A stretch of DNA of 64,000 bases, taken from Rubripirellula sp. GTDB lineage: Bacteria > Planctomycetota > Planctomycetia > Pirellulales > Pirellulaceae. The stretch lies in NCBI GenBank assembly GCA_965216875.1, contig OZ244207.1, positions 7,584,001 through 7,648,000 of the forward strand, written 5' to 3'. This document shows, piece after piece, positions 39,438 through 47,902 of the stretch. The translations under genes were made by a program, and so were the position numbers. The notes beneath the pieces were generated by a model. It made no database searches and was not told where the DNA came from. It was given only the letters and a program-made list of their open reading frames with translations. The first letter of the stretch is position 1, and every line of letters starts with the position of its first letter.

Positions 39438-39745
39438 CCGTCGTCTTCTTTCCCGCCACGCATTTTTCGCCGTTTAGCACGCAGGTAATCGCGGCGCTGC
39501 GTTGGCGTTGGCACAAACCACCAGTATAGCAGCAGCAAGGTGATGAGAAGCGCAACGGGAATGCCGACAAACACCGCTATGATTGCGGTCGTGCCACCTA
39601 GCCAATACAGCACGCAAACGAAAACGAAGAACGCAATGTTGGCGATCCACAGAACGCTGTGTATCGCAATCTGTGCAACGCATCCTGGTTCATCGCGAGT
39701 TGCGTCTCTGGACGCTTCGGGTGTTGGCGATTCGTAGGGGTTCAC
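39434..39745 (-). CDS. Small membrane protein
   Basis: NPYESP N-terminus, two TM helices, basic tail; overlaps the HAD start. Confidence 0.65.
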   Translation of the reverse strand: MNPYESPTPEASRDATRDEPGCVAQIAIHSVLWIANIAFFVFVCVLYWLGGTTAIIAVFVGIPVALLITLLLLYWWFVPTPTQRRDYLRAKRRKMRGGKEDDG

Positions 39746-39886
39746 AATCTGCGTCAGGATGGATGAGATGCGTCAAATGAGGTGTCGCAGAAGTAGTGTC
39801 ATGATAGCGCTAAGGGTGACCGGCGAGCGTTAATGAGCGGAGCGAAATCGCCACGTGTCCCCATTCTTTCACGTCCGAGGTAGGGA

Positions 39887-40207
39887 TCATTCAACCGGCG
39901 GGTTTGTTTCCCAATACTCTCGATTCTCTGAGATCCAATGGTTCAGTATGCGCTCGGCATCTGGTTCGTCGGAACGAATGCGTCCTCCGCGCCGTTCAAT
40001 GCGATACGAAAGCAGCTTAAGTGCTTTTACCTGTTCAATTCCGCCTCCGAAAGCAAGGTGATAATACCTTGCAAGTAGCAATCGCGGGATTTCATCTGTT
40101 CCCTCGGAGTGAGCGTTCGCGATGATCTCGAACAGCGATATAACGTCAACATTGGACGTCGCACTGCGACGTAGCTCAGCAATAAGTTGTTCGTCGGACG
40201 TAATCAT
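39887..40207 (-). CDS. Hypothetical protein
   Basis: 106-aa ORF co-oriented with neighbours; no recognised motif. Confidence 0.5.
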   Translation of the reverse strand: MITSDEQLIAELRRSATSNVDVISLFEIIANAHSEGTDEIPRLLLARYYHLAFGGGIEQVKALKLLSYRIERRGGRIRSDEPDAERILNHWISENREYWETNPPVE

Positions 40208-40224
40208 CTTCGCGTCCCCAGCCC

Positions 40225-40324
40225 GTGAGCCGAACTCGCTTGCGTCGGGCCTTACACTCTTCGATAAATCTCATAGGGCCCGACCAATCTCGCAGGGCCC
40301 GACGCTAGTAGCGCGTTCGGCGCA
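40225..40324. repeat. Degenerate REP doublet, GTGAGCCGAAC family
   Basis: gtgagccgaactcgcttgcgtcgggccttacactct matches the reverse complement of 11442-11477. Confidence 0.75.
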
Positions 40325-40357
40325 GGTCACAGTCATTTCTGGCCGTATCAGGCATCA

Positions 40358-40759
40358 TCAGTTGCCGTAATGAATGAATCCCATCGTTATCTTGTACTGG
40401 TAGCGTTCTGGGTCGCCTGCGGGAATCAACCCATTGGCAATCAGGCCCTGTCGGACAACGACGGCGAAATGATCGTGGGCATCGTAGTCGTCATCGCACT
40501 CCGCATCCCCATCTTCATCTTCAGGGAGCGGGTATTTTTTGATGATCTCTTTGAATTTTTCGAGCACGTTGCCACTCAGTTCGCAGGTGCCTTCTTGGAC
40601 GCAATACGCGACAAACTCAGGTCCACCGGAGACAGCAAGCGGAGTCTCATGGCCTGCGAAGTCATCTTCAGTCCATTCATTCCCCGTCTTGCCGGTCGGC
40701 GGACCGACCTCATTGGCGACGCGGCTACCAAACAGTCGACGAATGAATTCGATCATCAA
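40358..40759 (-). CDS. Acidic hypothetical protein
   Basis: 133-aa ORF beginning FIRRLFG; no recognised motif. Confidence 0.55.
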   Translation of the reverse strand: MMIEFIRRLFGSRVANEVGPPTGKTGNEWTEDDFAGHETPLAVSGGPEFVAYCVQEGTCELSGNVLEKFKEIIKKYPLPEDEDGDAECDDDYDAHDHFAVVVRQGLIANGLIPAGDPERYQYKITMGFIHYGN

Positions 40760-40891
40760 TCAGGTCGTCCATCGTGTTCGAAAAAGTCGGGATGCCGTGA
40801 TTCAAAATATCAGAAATCGGATGGTCTTGCGTCTAGTGTGCGGCCGCAGGCCGCGACGCACCCGTCGGCTGACTATCCCTATTAGACTTGG

Positions 40892-41473
40892 TTAAGCGAG
40901 CGAGCGGGAGACACGAGCAGGGTTGCCGACTGCGACGACGTTGTCGGGAAGGTTTCGCGTGACAACCGCTCCAGCGCCGACCACGGTATTGCAACCGATC
41001 GTCACACCGGGACAAACAATCACGCCGCCGCCAAGCCACGCGTTGTCGCCAATGCTGATTGGTTGAGAGCCCTCCCATTTCTCGAGGCGTGGCGACGGTT
41101 CAATCGGGTGGGTCGCGGTGAGCAATTGAACATTGGGGCCGATCTGGACGTCGTCACCAATATCGACCCTTCCGACATCAAGGCAGATCAATCCCCAGTT
41201 CGCGAAACATCGAACGCCAAAGTGAGTTTGGTATCCGTAGTCACATCGAAACGGAGGGCGAATGACCGTGCCTTCGCCGACACTCCCGAGGAGTTCACGC
41301 AAAAACTGGTCTCGGCCTTGTTGATCGTCTGCCGCAGCACCATTGAACGCGGCGACCAGTTTCGCCGCACGGGTCGTGTCTCGAAGAAGCTCAGGGTCGT
41401 CTGCGATGTATTGGTCGCCAGCGAGCATTCGTTGGCGGTTTGTGCGCCCGTCATGTCGATAGGGTTCGTCCAC
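40892..41473 (-). CDS. Sugar O-acetyltransferase (maltose/galactoside, hexapeptide repeat)
   Basis: MLAG..Y, PPFRCDYG, IGPNVQLLTATHP, GAGAVVT, GNPARV. Confidence 0.92.
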   Translation of the reverse strand: MDEPYRHDGRTNRQRMLAGDQYIADDPELLRDTTRAAKLVAAFNGAAADDQQGRDQFLRELLGSVGEGTVIRPPFRCDYGYQTHFGVRCFANWGLICLDVGRVDIGDDVQIGPNVQLLTATHPIEPSPRLEKWEGSQPISIGDNAWLGGGVIVCPGVTIGCNTVVGAGAVVTRNLPDNVVAVGNPARVSRSLA

Positions 41474-41552
41474 ATGCGATCCTTTGTAACTGTCGATTGA
41501 GAACAGGTTTTACGGTCAGCGTCTCAGGGAAAACGTTGTCGCCTCGTGTCGT

Positions 41553-42857
41553 TTAGCCATCGATGATCCGGCGACGAATGGATTCGGTTGCGATCCTAGC
41601 TTGCTGGATGAATTCGGCGTCGGCGAGTTCGTCAATGGTGGCGTGGGTGGGATAGGACTGATGGATCAACGCGCGTAGGTCGTGATCGAGATCCTCGGTC
41701 CAGAGGCAGGATGCGGGCAGTTGGTTCAGCTGGGATGCTTCGATTGGCACTCGCAGCCGCAAGCAGGCGGGACCACCTCCGCCCGACATGCTCAGTTTCA
41801 GATCAACGTAATGGACTCCTGCAATGAGCCCGCTGTCGATCCAGTCGTTGACCAGTCGCCGCGCGCTGACACTTTGTTCGACTTCAGCAGGACAAATCAG
41901 TACCGGCCGACTCTCTGCGGGTACGCTGACGAGTTGGCTGTTGAAGAGATACGTCCCAATCGCCTCCTCAAGAGGAAGTTGCTCACGCGTGACGACAACG
42001 TGTTTGAGCGCGAATCCTGTTTTCTCTCGGAACCGTTGTCTCAGTCGCTCAAGTGCCTCATCCGCTTCATAAAACGCGTCTTCGTGATGAATGAATGTGT
42101 CCAAGTGGCTCGCTGCAACGACATCGTTGTGAAAGGCACCGGCGTCAATTGCTTTGGGGTGTTGTTTGAAGTGAAAGGTGTTTTCCTCGGAGAGCCCCAT
42201 TACGCGCGCGATGGCACGTGAGGCTTCCAAGGTGTGTCTTGCAAAGTGTTTTTGACTCTCGGGAGATTGGTCGCCGTGGACGAATAGATGCAGTCCTTGG
42301 CTTGCGAACGTGCCTGCCAAACGCATGTGATTGGCAGCACCTTCATCACGCAGCGGTGTTCCGCCCAACAGCGGCGGGTGAACGCTTGCAATCGAACCGA
42401 AGACATACCGCAAATCGGCGAGTGTTTGTTCTGATTCAATCGCGCGATGCACACTTGCAGATAGATTCGCAACGACAAGGTGCGTGTGTCGATCGCTACA
42501 GTCCACGCCGGGAGCGACCGTCGCCGCGTTTGCCGTCCACATGGCCGAACAGCTGAAAGTTGCGGATAGCAGCGAAGGGTTTTCTTTGGCAGCGAGAGAC
42601 CACCGCTCGCCTGGCTCGTCACCAAAACCGAGTGAAAGAAGCAAATCGGTATGCGGCCGGGGATGGGGAGGCAGGATCACTTGAGGCACTCCCAACCGGG
42701 CGACCAGCCGCATTTTGTCGAGGCCCTGCAACGCAGCTGCAGCGGGATTGGAGGGTTGCCAAGCATGCTCGGCCGATGCGACGTTCCCAACGCCAAGTCC
42801 GGCAAAGTGGTGCGTCGGCCCGACGATCCTGTCGGCTTGCACTTCAACGATCGTCAT
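41553..42857 (-). CDS. astB: N-succinylarginine dihydrolase
   Basis: VGPTHHFAGL..GN.AS, MWTANAATV.P, DEGAANH, GAFHNDV, SM.GGGGPACLRLRV. Confidence 0.92.
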   Translation of the reverse strand: MTIVEVQADRIVGPTHHFAGLGVGNVASAEHAWQPSNPAAAALQGLDKMRLVARLGVPQVILPPHPRPHTDLLLSLGFGDEPGERWSLAAKENPSLLSATFSCSAMWTANAATVAPGVDCSDRHTHLVVANLSASVHRAIESEQTLADLRYVFGSIASVHPPLLGGTPLRDEGAANHMRLAGTFASQGLHLFVHGDQSPESQKHFARHTLEASRAIARVMGLSEENTFHFKQHPKAIDAGAFHNDVVAASHLDTFIHHEDAFYEADEALERLRQRFREKTGFALKHVVVTREQLPLEEAIGTYLFNSQLVSVPAESRPVLICPAEVEQSVSARRLVNDWIDSGLIAGVHYVDLKLSMSGGGGPACLRLRVPIEASQLNQLPASCLWTEDLDHDLRALIHQSYPTHATIDELADAEFIQQARIATESIRRRIIDG

Positions 42858-42897
42858 CGCGATTGCTCCCTACACGTTGCGTCCAGCACACTCACGA

Positions 42898-44331
42898 TCA
42901 TTTGGCGACATCCCAGGGATCGTTGTCGGCAAGCGATTCAGATTCAAGCGAGGCGATCGGATCGCTACAGAAATCGATGGCGTAGTATCCTGCGGGGCGA
43001 TGATTGCCACTGTCACCCAAGCCTCCAAACGGAAGTGCACCCGCCGCACCGGTGGTCGGGCGATTCCAATTCACAACGCCTGCACCGACTCGATGCACGA
43101 ACTGATCAAAGAGTTGCCAATCGCCACCGATGAGTGACGCAGCGAGCCCGTAACAGGTTTCCGAAGCAAACGCGATCGCTTCGGCCTCATCGCCGGCTCG
43201 CTGGATCACCAACATCGGGCCAAACCATTCCAGTTCACCCATTCGTCGACGCGCAGCAGCATCAACGTTGCTTGCGTCGAGCAAACAGGGGTGCACGAGG
43301 TTGGGACGTTGCGGGTCGACTTGAAAGGGGAGGACCGGCGTGCAGCCGATTTCGATCAGCTGGTCATAGGTTTGCTTGAGGCCCTCGGCTGCGCCGGACG
43401 AAATGATCGGGCCAACCTGTGGCGTGGGGTCGGTACCGGGAAGACCGACAACGCGCGACTTGACGTTGTCCACGAGCGCTTTGATCTGACGATCAGTGGC
43501 GGGAGAATCGACGTAGATCACGCGTCGAGCACAGGTGCAACGTTGACCTGCCGAGACAAATGCCGAAAACGAGACGACTTGGGCCGCTTTTTGCGCGTCG
43601 ACCTCGCCAGTGACCACGATGGGATTGTTGCCACCGAGTTCCAACGCGAGCAGCACGTCGGGACGTCCAGCCAATTGGCGATGGACGGCGCGACCCGCAG
43701 TCCTGCCGCCGGTGAGGAAGACGGCCGCAAGTTCGGGGGCATCGATCGCGGCTGTCGCCACATCAACGCCGCCGACGATCATCTGCAACGTCTCTTCGGG
43801 AAGCCCGGCTTCGCGCCAGGTGTGAAGCATCCATTGCCCCACGGCCGTTGCCTGATCACTTGGTTTGAATACGACAGAGTTGCCAGCCAACAGCGATGGA
43901 ATGATCTGCCCGCCCGGCAGATGCAGTGGGAAATTGAACGGCCCGAGTACGAGCGTGACACCCAAGGGTTGGAAACGCACAACGCGACGCATGTTTTCGA
44001 CTTCGTTGATCTGTTGGTCGCGTCGGCTCTTGAGGGCGTTGATCGAAAGCTCGACCTTCGCGATCGACGCCGCGACTTCGCCAGCTGCGTCCCAGGGCAG
44101 TTTTCCGACTTCGCGAATGATCAGGTCGGTGATCTCATCTCGCTTTCCTTCGACCAGCTTGCCGTACTGGCGAACGATCTCGCATCGCTCGGCAAGTGGC
44201 ACGGTTCGCCATGCCTGGCTCGCTTGGTGGGCACGCTGCATCGTTTCTGACACGACTGACGGAGTGCTTTCTGGACCAGAAAAGACGAGGGAATCGTCGA
44301 CGGGGCTGTAACTCGAAGTATTTGATGACAT
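42898..44331 (-). CDS. astD: Succinylglutamate-semialdehyde dehydrogenase
   Basis: GPFNFP.HLP.G, ALELGGNNP, AGQRCTCARR, NWNRPTTGA, SGNHRP...YA.D.C; adjacent to astB. Confidence 0.9.
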   Translation of the reverse strand: MSSNTSSYSPVDDSLVFSGPESTPSVVSETMQRAHQASQAWRTVPLAERCEIVRQYGKLVEGKRDEITDLIIREVGKLPWDAAGEVAASIAKVELSINALKSRRDQQINEVENMRRVVRFQPLGVTLVLGPFNFPLHLPGGQIIPSLLAGNSVVFKPSDQATAVGQWMLHTWREAGLPEETLQMIVGGVDVATAAIDAPELAAVFLTGGRTAGRAVHRQLAGRPDVLLALELGGNNPIVVTGEVDAQKAAQVVSFSAFVSAGQRCTCARRVIYVDSPATDRQIKALVDNVKSRVVGLPGTDPTPQVGPIISSGAAEGLKQTYDQLIEIGCTPVLPFQVDPQRPNLVHPCLLDASNVDAAARRRMGELEWFGPMLVIQRAGDEAEAIAFASETCYGLAASLIGGDWQLFDQFVHRVGAGVVNWNRPTTGAAGALPFGGLGDSGNHRPAGYYAIDFCSDPIASLESESLADNDPWDVAK

Positions 44332-44445
44332 TTTCAATCGCTTTTCCGACTCGAGTCCCGAATGTGACCTAGCTTTCAAGTAGACGGGGTAGAGCCATCC
44401 GTTGCTACACCTGAAAAATACCTTATTCCTTCAAAGTCGACAGAC

Positions 44446-44772
44446 ATGAAACGAAACAAACGCAAGGGCTTTTCGCTTTTGGAAGTGATCGCTGCAGTCG
44501 TGATTTTGGCAGTGGTTGCAGCTGCTACGGTCGCAACGGTCGCACCGATGCGGGCAAAGAGTGAAGACAAGTTGGCCGATCAAGAGATCGCGACGTTGAA
44601 CGCCATGTCACAAACTTACTTCCTCGAAGAAGGACGCTATCCAGCAAGCGTCTACACGTTGGCAAACTCGGGCTACATCGCCAACACAACGCGTGACGAA
44701 AAACTTCGTCTGCGAAAGATTCGCCAGAACTACAACTACACTCGAAGCACTGGCGTGTTCTCGAAGAAGTAG
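44446..44772 (+). CDS. Type IV pilin / major pseudopilin-like protein
   Basis: Class III signal KG|FSLLEV followed by a hydrophobic helix. Confidence 0.85.
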   Translation: MKRNKRKGFSLLEVIAAVVILAVVAAATVATVAPMRAKSEDKLADQEIATLNAMSQTYFLEEGRYPASVYTLANSGYIANTTRDEKLRLRKIRQNYNYTRSTGVFSKK

Positions 44773-44805
44773 ATCCAGTTTCTGGATGGTTCTGAGCTAA
44801 CTCAC

Positions 44806-44879
44806 AAAAAGTCCGCATCAGTGAATCGCGGTTCGCCCACCCGAGGGGATTGAACCATGGTTTGCCGGCGGACTTTTTT
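44806..44879 (+). terminator. Long hairpin with T-run after the first pilin gene
   Basis: aaaaagtccgc ... gcggacttttt outer stem with inner ggttc/gaacc pairing. Confidence 0.55.
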
Positions 44880-44910
44880 CGTCTCGGTCGCTTACACTCA
44901 AAGACAACCG

Positions 44911-45375
44911 ATGCCCCGCACACGCAAAGGCAAGTCAACCGGCGTCACCTTGATCGAAACGATCATGGTGATCGTGTTGCTTAGCGCCGCTGCAATTGTC
45001 GGCACGATCTTCCTCGACGACCAATGGGTCGCTAGACGCAGCACGAGTGCCGCGACAGGCGAGGTCGAGCAAACGTTGCGAGCAGCGCGCAACACAGCAA
45101 TCACTAACCAAACCATCGTGCAAGTCCGTCGCCAACGCACCGGCGGCGTCGAGCGACTAGTGGTGACCAAGCAAGCGGGGCCCTTTGGACCGGAGCGAAT
45201 TCACACCATCGATTTGGGGAGTGACGTTCGGCTGACAGGAACACCCCGCGCGATTCGTTTTCAGCCCACGGGAAGTGCGGACCGCATCCTCGAGTGGCAC
45301 ATCAATCGATCAAGCACTCGTGGGACGGTGAATGTCACGCCCACCGATGGGCAAGTTTCCAAACAGTTGCCGTAG
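44911..45375 (+). CDS. Minor pilin, GspH/FimT-like
   Basis: G|VTLIET; L..AR..AI; I.F.P.G. Confidence 0.8.
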   Translation: MPRTRKGKSTGVTLIETIMVIVLLSAAAIVGTIFLDDQWVARRSTSAATGEVEQTLRAARNTAITNQTIVQVRRQRTGGVERLVVTKQAGPFGPERIHTIDLGSDVRLTGTPRAIRFQPTGSADRILEWHINRSSTRGTVNVTPTDGQVSKQLP

Positions 45376-45385
45376 GGGTCGAATC

Positions 45386-45811
45386 ATGAAACGTAAAGCG
45401 AAAAAAGGAGCGACGCTCATCGATGTGGCGGCCGGTTCGATGTTGCTTGCCGTCTTGCTGATTCCATCGGTGCACCTGATCGGTGAATCACGCAAGTCCA
45501 ATCATCGGCTTCATCGCCGTGAGGCCATGCTCTATCAAGCCGATCAAGTGATGGAATCAACCAAGGTTGCGTTAGGTGATCCGACCGCCTTTGCGGCTGC
45601 CTTGGCGACACCGGTCGATTCGTCAGCGGCGGTCACAACCAGCGACATTCCGGATCTTCACACACGCGTTCGTGTTGCTGCCGATCCCACCGTTGCTCCC
45701 GCCCAACTCCTGACGATTCAAGTCGACCTTTGGCAAGACCAAGATGGCGACGCAGCGTTTGATCGCGGAGAGCCAATCGAAACCCTGCGAACACAGTGGG
45801 CGGCACCATGA
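45386..45811 (+). CDS. Minor pilin, GspI/PilV-like
   Basis: KKG|ATLIDV (Asp at +5); DQDGD motif. Confidence 0.7.
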   Translation: MKRKAKKGATLIDVAAGSMLLAVLLIPSVHLIGESRKSNHRLHRREAMLYQADQVMESTKVALGDPTAFAAALATPVDSSAAVTTSDIPDLHTRVRVAADPTVAPAQLLTIQVDLWQDQDGDAAFDRGEPIETLRTQWAAP

Positions 45812-46281
45812 ACCGACCAGCACCGCGCCGCGGAATCAGTTTGATCGAAGTGATCGCCGCCACCGCAATCATCGCGGTGATGATCGTTCCGATTGCTGGT
45901 GTGATGCGCGCATCGAGCCAGTCGATTGCCGCCGCCGAAGGTGACGCTTCCGACGAAGCTTCGATGCGCACTGCCCTGCGTTGGTTGTCAACAACCGTGC
46001 GGGATAGCGACGTGTTGCGGGTCCGCTCTCGACGGCTTGTGCTGAGGCTTTCGGATGGCAACACCGCGTCCATCCAAGTCCGTCGCCGAAACCTGGTGAT
46101 GCGGATCGGAACCGATGAAACGATTCTTTGCCAAGGTGTGCGAGACGTTCAGTTCCAAGCCATCAATCGGGTCACGCCGCCCGTTTCGAGAACGGGGATT
46201 CGCGTGACCGCACGCATGCGTGATGCCGATGGCAACTGGACCACCGTCGAAAACACGATCTCAGAATTACCTCAAGTCTAA
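45808..46281 (+). CDS. Minor pilin, GspJ/PilW-like
   Basis: RRG|ISLIEV plus hydrophobic helix. Confidence 0.78.
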   Translation: MNRPAPRRGISLIEVIAATAIIAVMIVPIAGVMRASSQSIAAAEGDASDEASMRTALRWLSTTVRDSDVLRVRSRRLVLRLSDGNTASIQVRRRNLVMRIGTDETILCQGVRDVQFQAINRVTPPVSRTGIRVTARMRDADGNWTTVENTISELPQV

Positions 46282-46297
46282 GGATGGGATGAGAAGT

Positions 46298-46669
46298 ATG
46301 GCACTCTGCAAGAACCGACGATTACGCCGTGGTTCGGCGTTGCTGGTTTGCACCCTTGCTGCGGTCGTGATTTCCTTGGCGGCCGTCACCATGCTGCGAA
46401 GCAGCCGACGATCGATCGCTCGAATCGATGCGATCCAAGCTTCCGATGGCGGGCGTCACGTCGCCGACGGGCTGCTCCAGCGCTCGATCGCTCTGTTGCG
46501 AGAAAACCCGGCGACAGCGGGCACGATCGTCGATCCAGACGGCCCAAATCCAGATGCTTTCTGCCAACTCACGACGCTGACCGCGACTGCGACCCAAATT
46601 CAAGTTTTTCTCTACGCGGGCGCCGCCGTTCCGGCGATCGACATGGTTGTTGACCCAACCGCGCTGTAG
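46298..46669 (+). CDS. Minor pilin, GspK/PilX-like (short)
   Basis: RRG|SALLV without Glu5; A..GL motif; ATG 46289 is an alternative start. Confidence 0.7.
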   Translation: MALCKNRRLRRGSALLVCTLAAVVISLAAVTMLRSSRRSIARIDAIQASDGGRHVADGLLQRSIALLRENPATAGTIVDPDGPNPDAFCQLTTLTATATQIQVFLYAGAAVPAIDMVVDPTAL

Positions 46670-47040
46670 GAAATCGACAGCCACTTTGGTCGCCGAATCA
46701 ACGGGTGGATCAGGTGTATTGCGGGGCACAGACAACTTGACTTTGGTTGTTGGCTGCGTCACTCTAGGCGTAGTCGAGACGCGATCTGCACCTCAGGGTC
46801 GCCCGCTCCTTTCTGCCCGGGACGTGATTCTTTCCAAGACGCGATGCCCTCGGCATGATTCCGTCACCCTCTTGGTCAGCCGTGCATCTTTTAGCGTCTT
46901 TTCCGATCGATCCCAACGCCACCACTGGCGCGTTGTTTTCGAACGCGGGCTTCATGTGACGAGCATAGCCAAGTTGGCGTGACCAACCTTGGTACTTCTT
47001 GATGGGTATGCGCCCGGTATGCGGCATACCCTTGTTCCTT

Positions 47041-47068
47041 TGTCGAATTGAATCTGTCGAATTGAATC
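47041..47068 (+). repeat. Perfect 14-bp tandem repeat upstream of the oxidoreductase operon
   Basis: tgtcgaattgaatc twice, ending 9 bp before ATG 47078. Confidence 0.85.
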
Positions 47069-47077
47069 GACGACTCC

Positions 47078-47902
47078 ATGCAAGATCCATCCAACAACGA
47101 AACAAGCCGACAGCGGCGCGACTTTCTCAAGAAAGCTTCTGCTGCGCTGACGATCTTGCCTGCTGCAAGTGTTGCCAGCGCTGATCAACAAGAGGCCGAT
47201 TCTTTTCCACCTGAACAGCAGTGGAAAGACCGCATGACACCTCCCGACGATGGCAAGAAGTTGGGATGGTTTGTCGATACGCGGCGATGCATTGGCTGCC
47301 ACGCTTGTGAAGTCAGTTGCAAATCGGAAAACGATGTTCCGCTGGGCAATTTCATCCGCCAAACGTTCTACAAAGACGTTGGCCAGTATCCCAAAGTGGC
47401 TCGGATGTTTTTGCCGATGTCCTGCCAACATTGCGAAGACGCGCCTTGCATCAAAGCATGTCCGTGCGGAGCGCTTCACAAGACAACCGGTGGCACCGTT
47501 GCCGTCGACTACAACCGATGTTGTGGTCACGGGACCTGCGTCGACGTTTGCCCGTATGGTGCGGTCTACCTTGATCCGGTGGCGAAACAAGCGGTCAAGT
47601 GCCACAACTGCTTTCATCGTACCGAGCAAGAGATGGAACCGGCATGCGTTCCAACTTGCCCATCCGAAGCGTTGTACTTCGGTGATTTGAACGACCCCGA
47701 CTCTTCCGTTTCGCAGGCCATGCAAGCGGTGGAAGAATCGGGCGAAGAGTTGGTGCAGCTTCGCAGCGAAAAAGAAACGCGACCAAGAATGTGGTTTGCA
47801 GGGAAGGCGCCCGCCGAAATCGAACCGAGTGTTCCGGCCGAAGGCGAGCCCTATTCGCCCGACGCCTACAGCATTTACAACTGGAAAAAGGAGATGCCGT
47901 GA
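47078..47902 (+). CDS. Four-cluster Fe-S electron-transfer subunit (DmsB/PsrB/TtrB/NrfC family) with Tat signal
   Basis: RRDFLK; CIGCHACEVSC, CQHC..APC..ACP, CCGHGTCVDVCP, CHNC..PACVPTCP. Confidence 0.92.
   Translation: MQDPSNNETSRQRRDFLKKASAALTILPAASVASADQQEADSFPPEQQWKDRMTPPDDGKKLGWFVDTRRCIGCHACEVSCKSENDVPLGNFIRQTFYKDVGQYPKVARMFLPMSCQHCEDAPCIKACPCGALHKTTGGTVAVDYNRCCGHGTCVDVCPYGAVYLDPVAKQAVKCHNCFHRTEQEMEPACVPTCPSEALYFGDLNDPDSSVSQAMQAVEESGEELVQLRSEKETRPRMWFAGKAPAEIEPSVPAEGEPYSPDAYSIYNWKKEMP

Noticed and set aside
44806..44879. c-di-GMP riboswitch in the pilin cluster
   Set aside because: GGCAAACC occurs only on the minus strand and lacks the GAAA loop and second stem
46670..47040. Moco riboswitch upstream of the molybdoenzyme operon
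   Set aside because: Only a cccg..gaaaggag-like stretch on the wrong strand; no recognisable core. An Rfam scan would settle it
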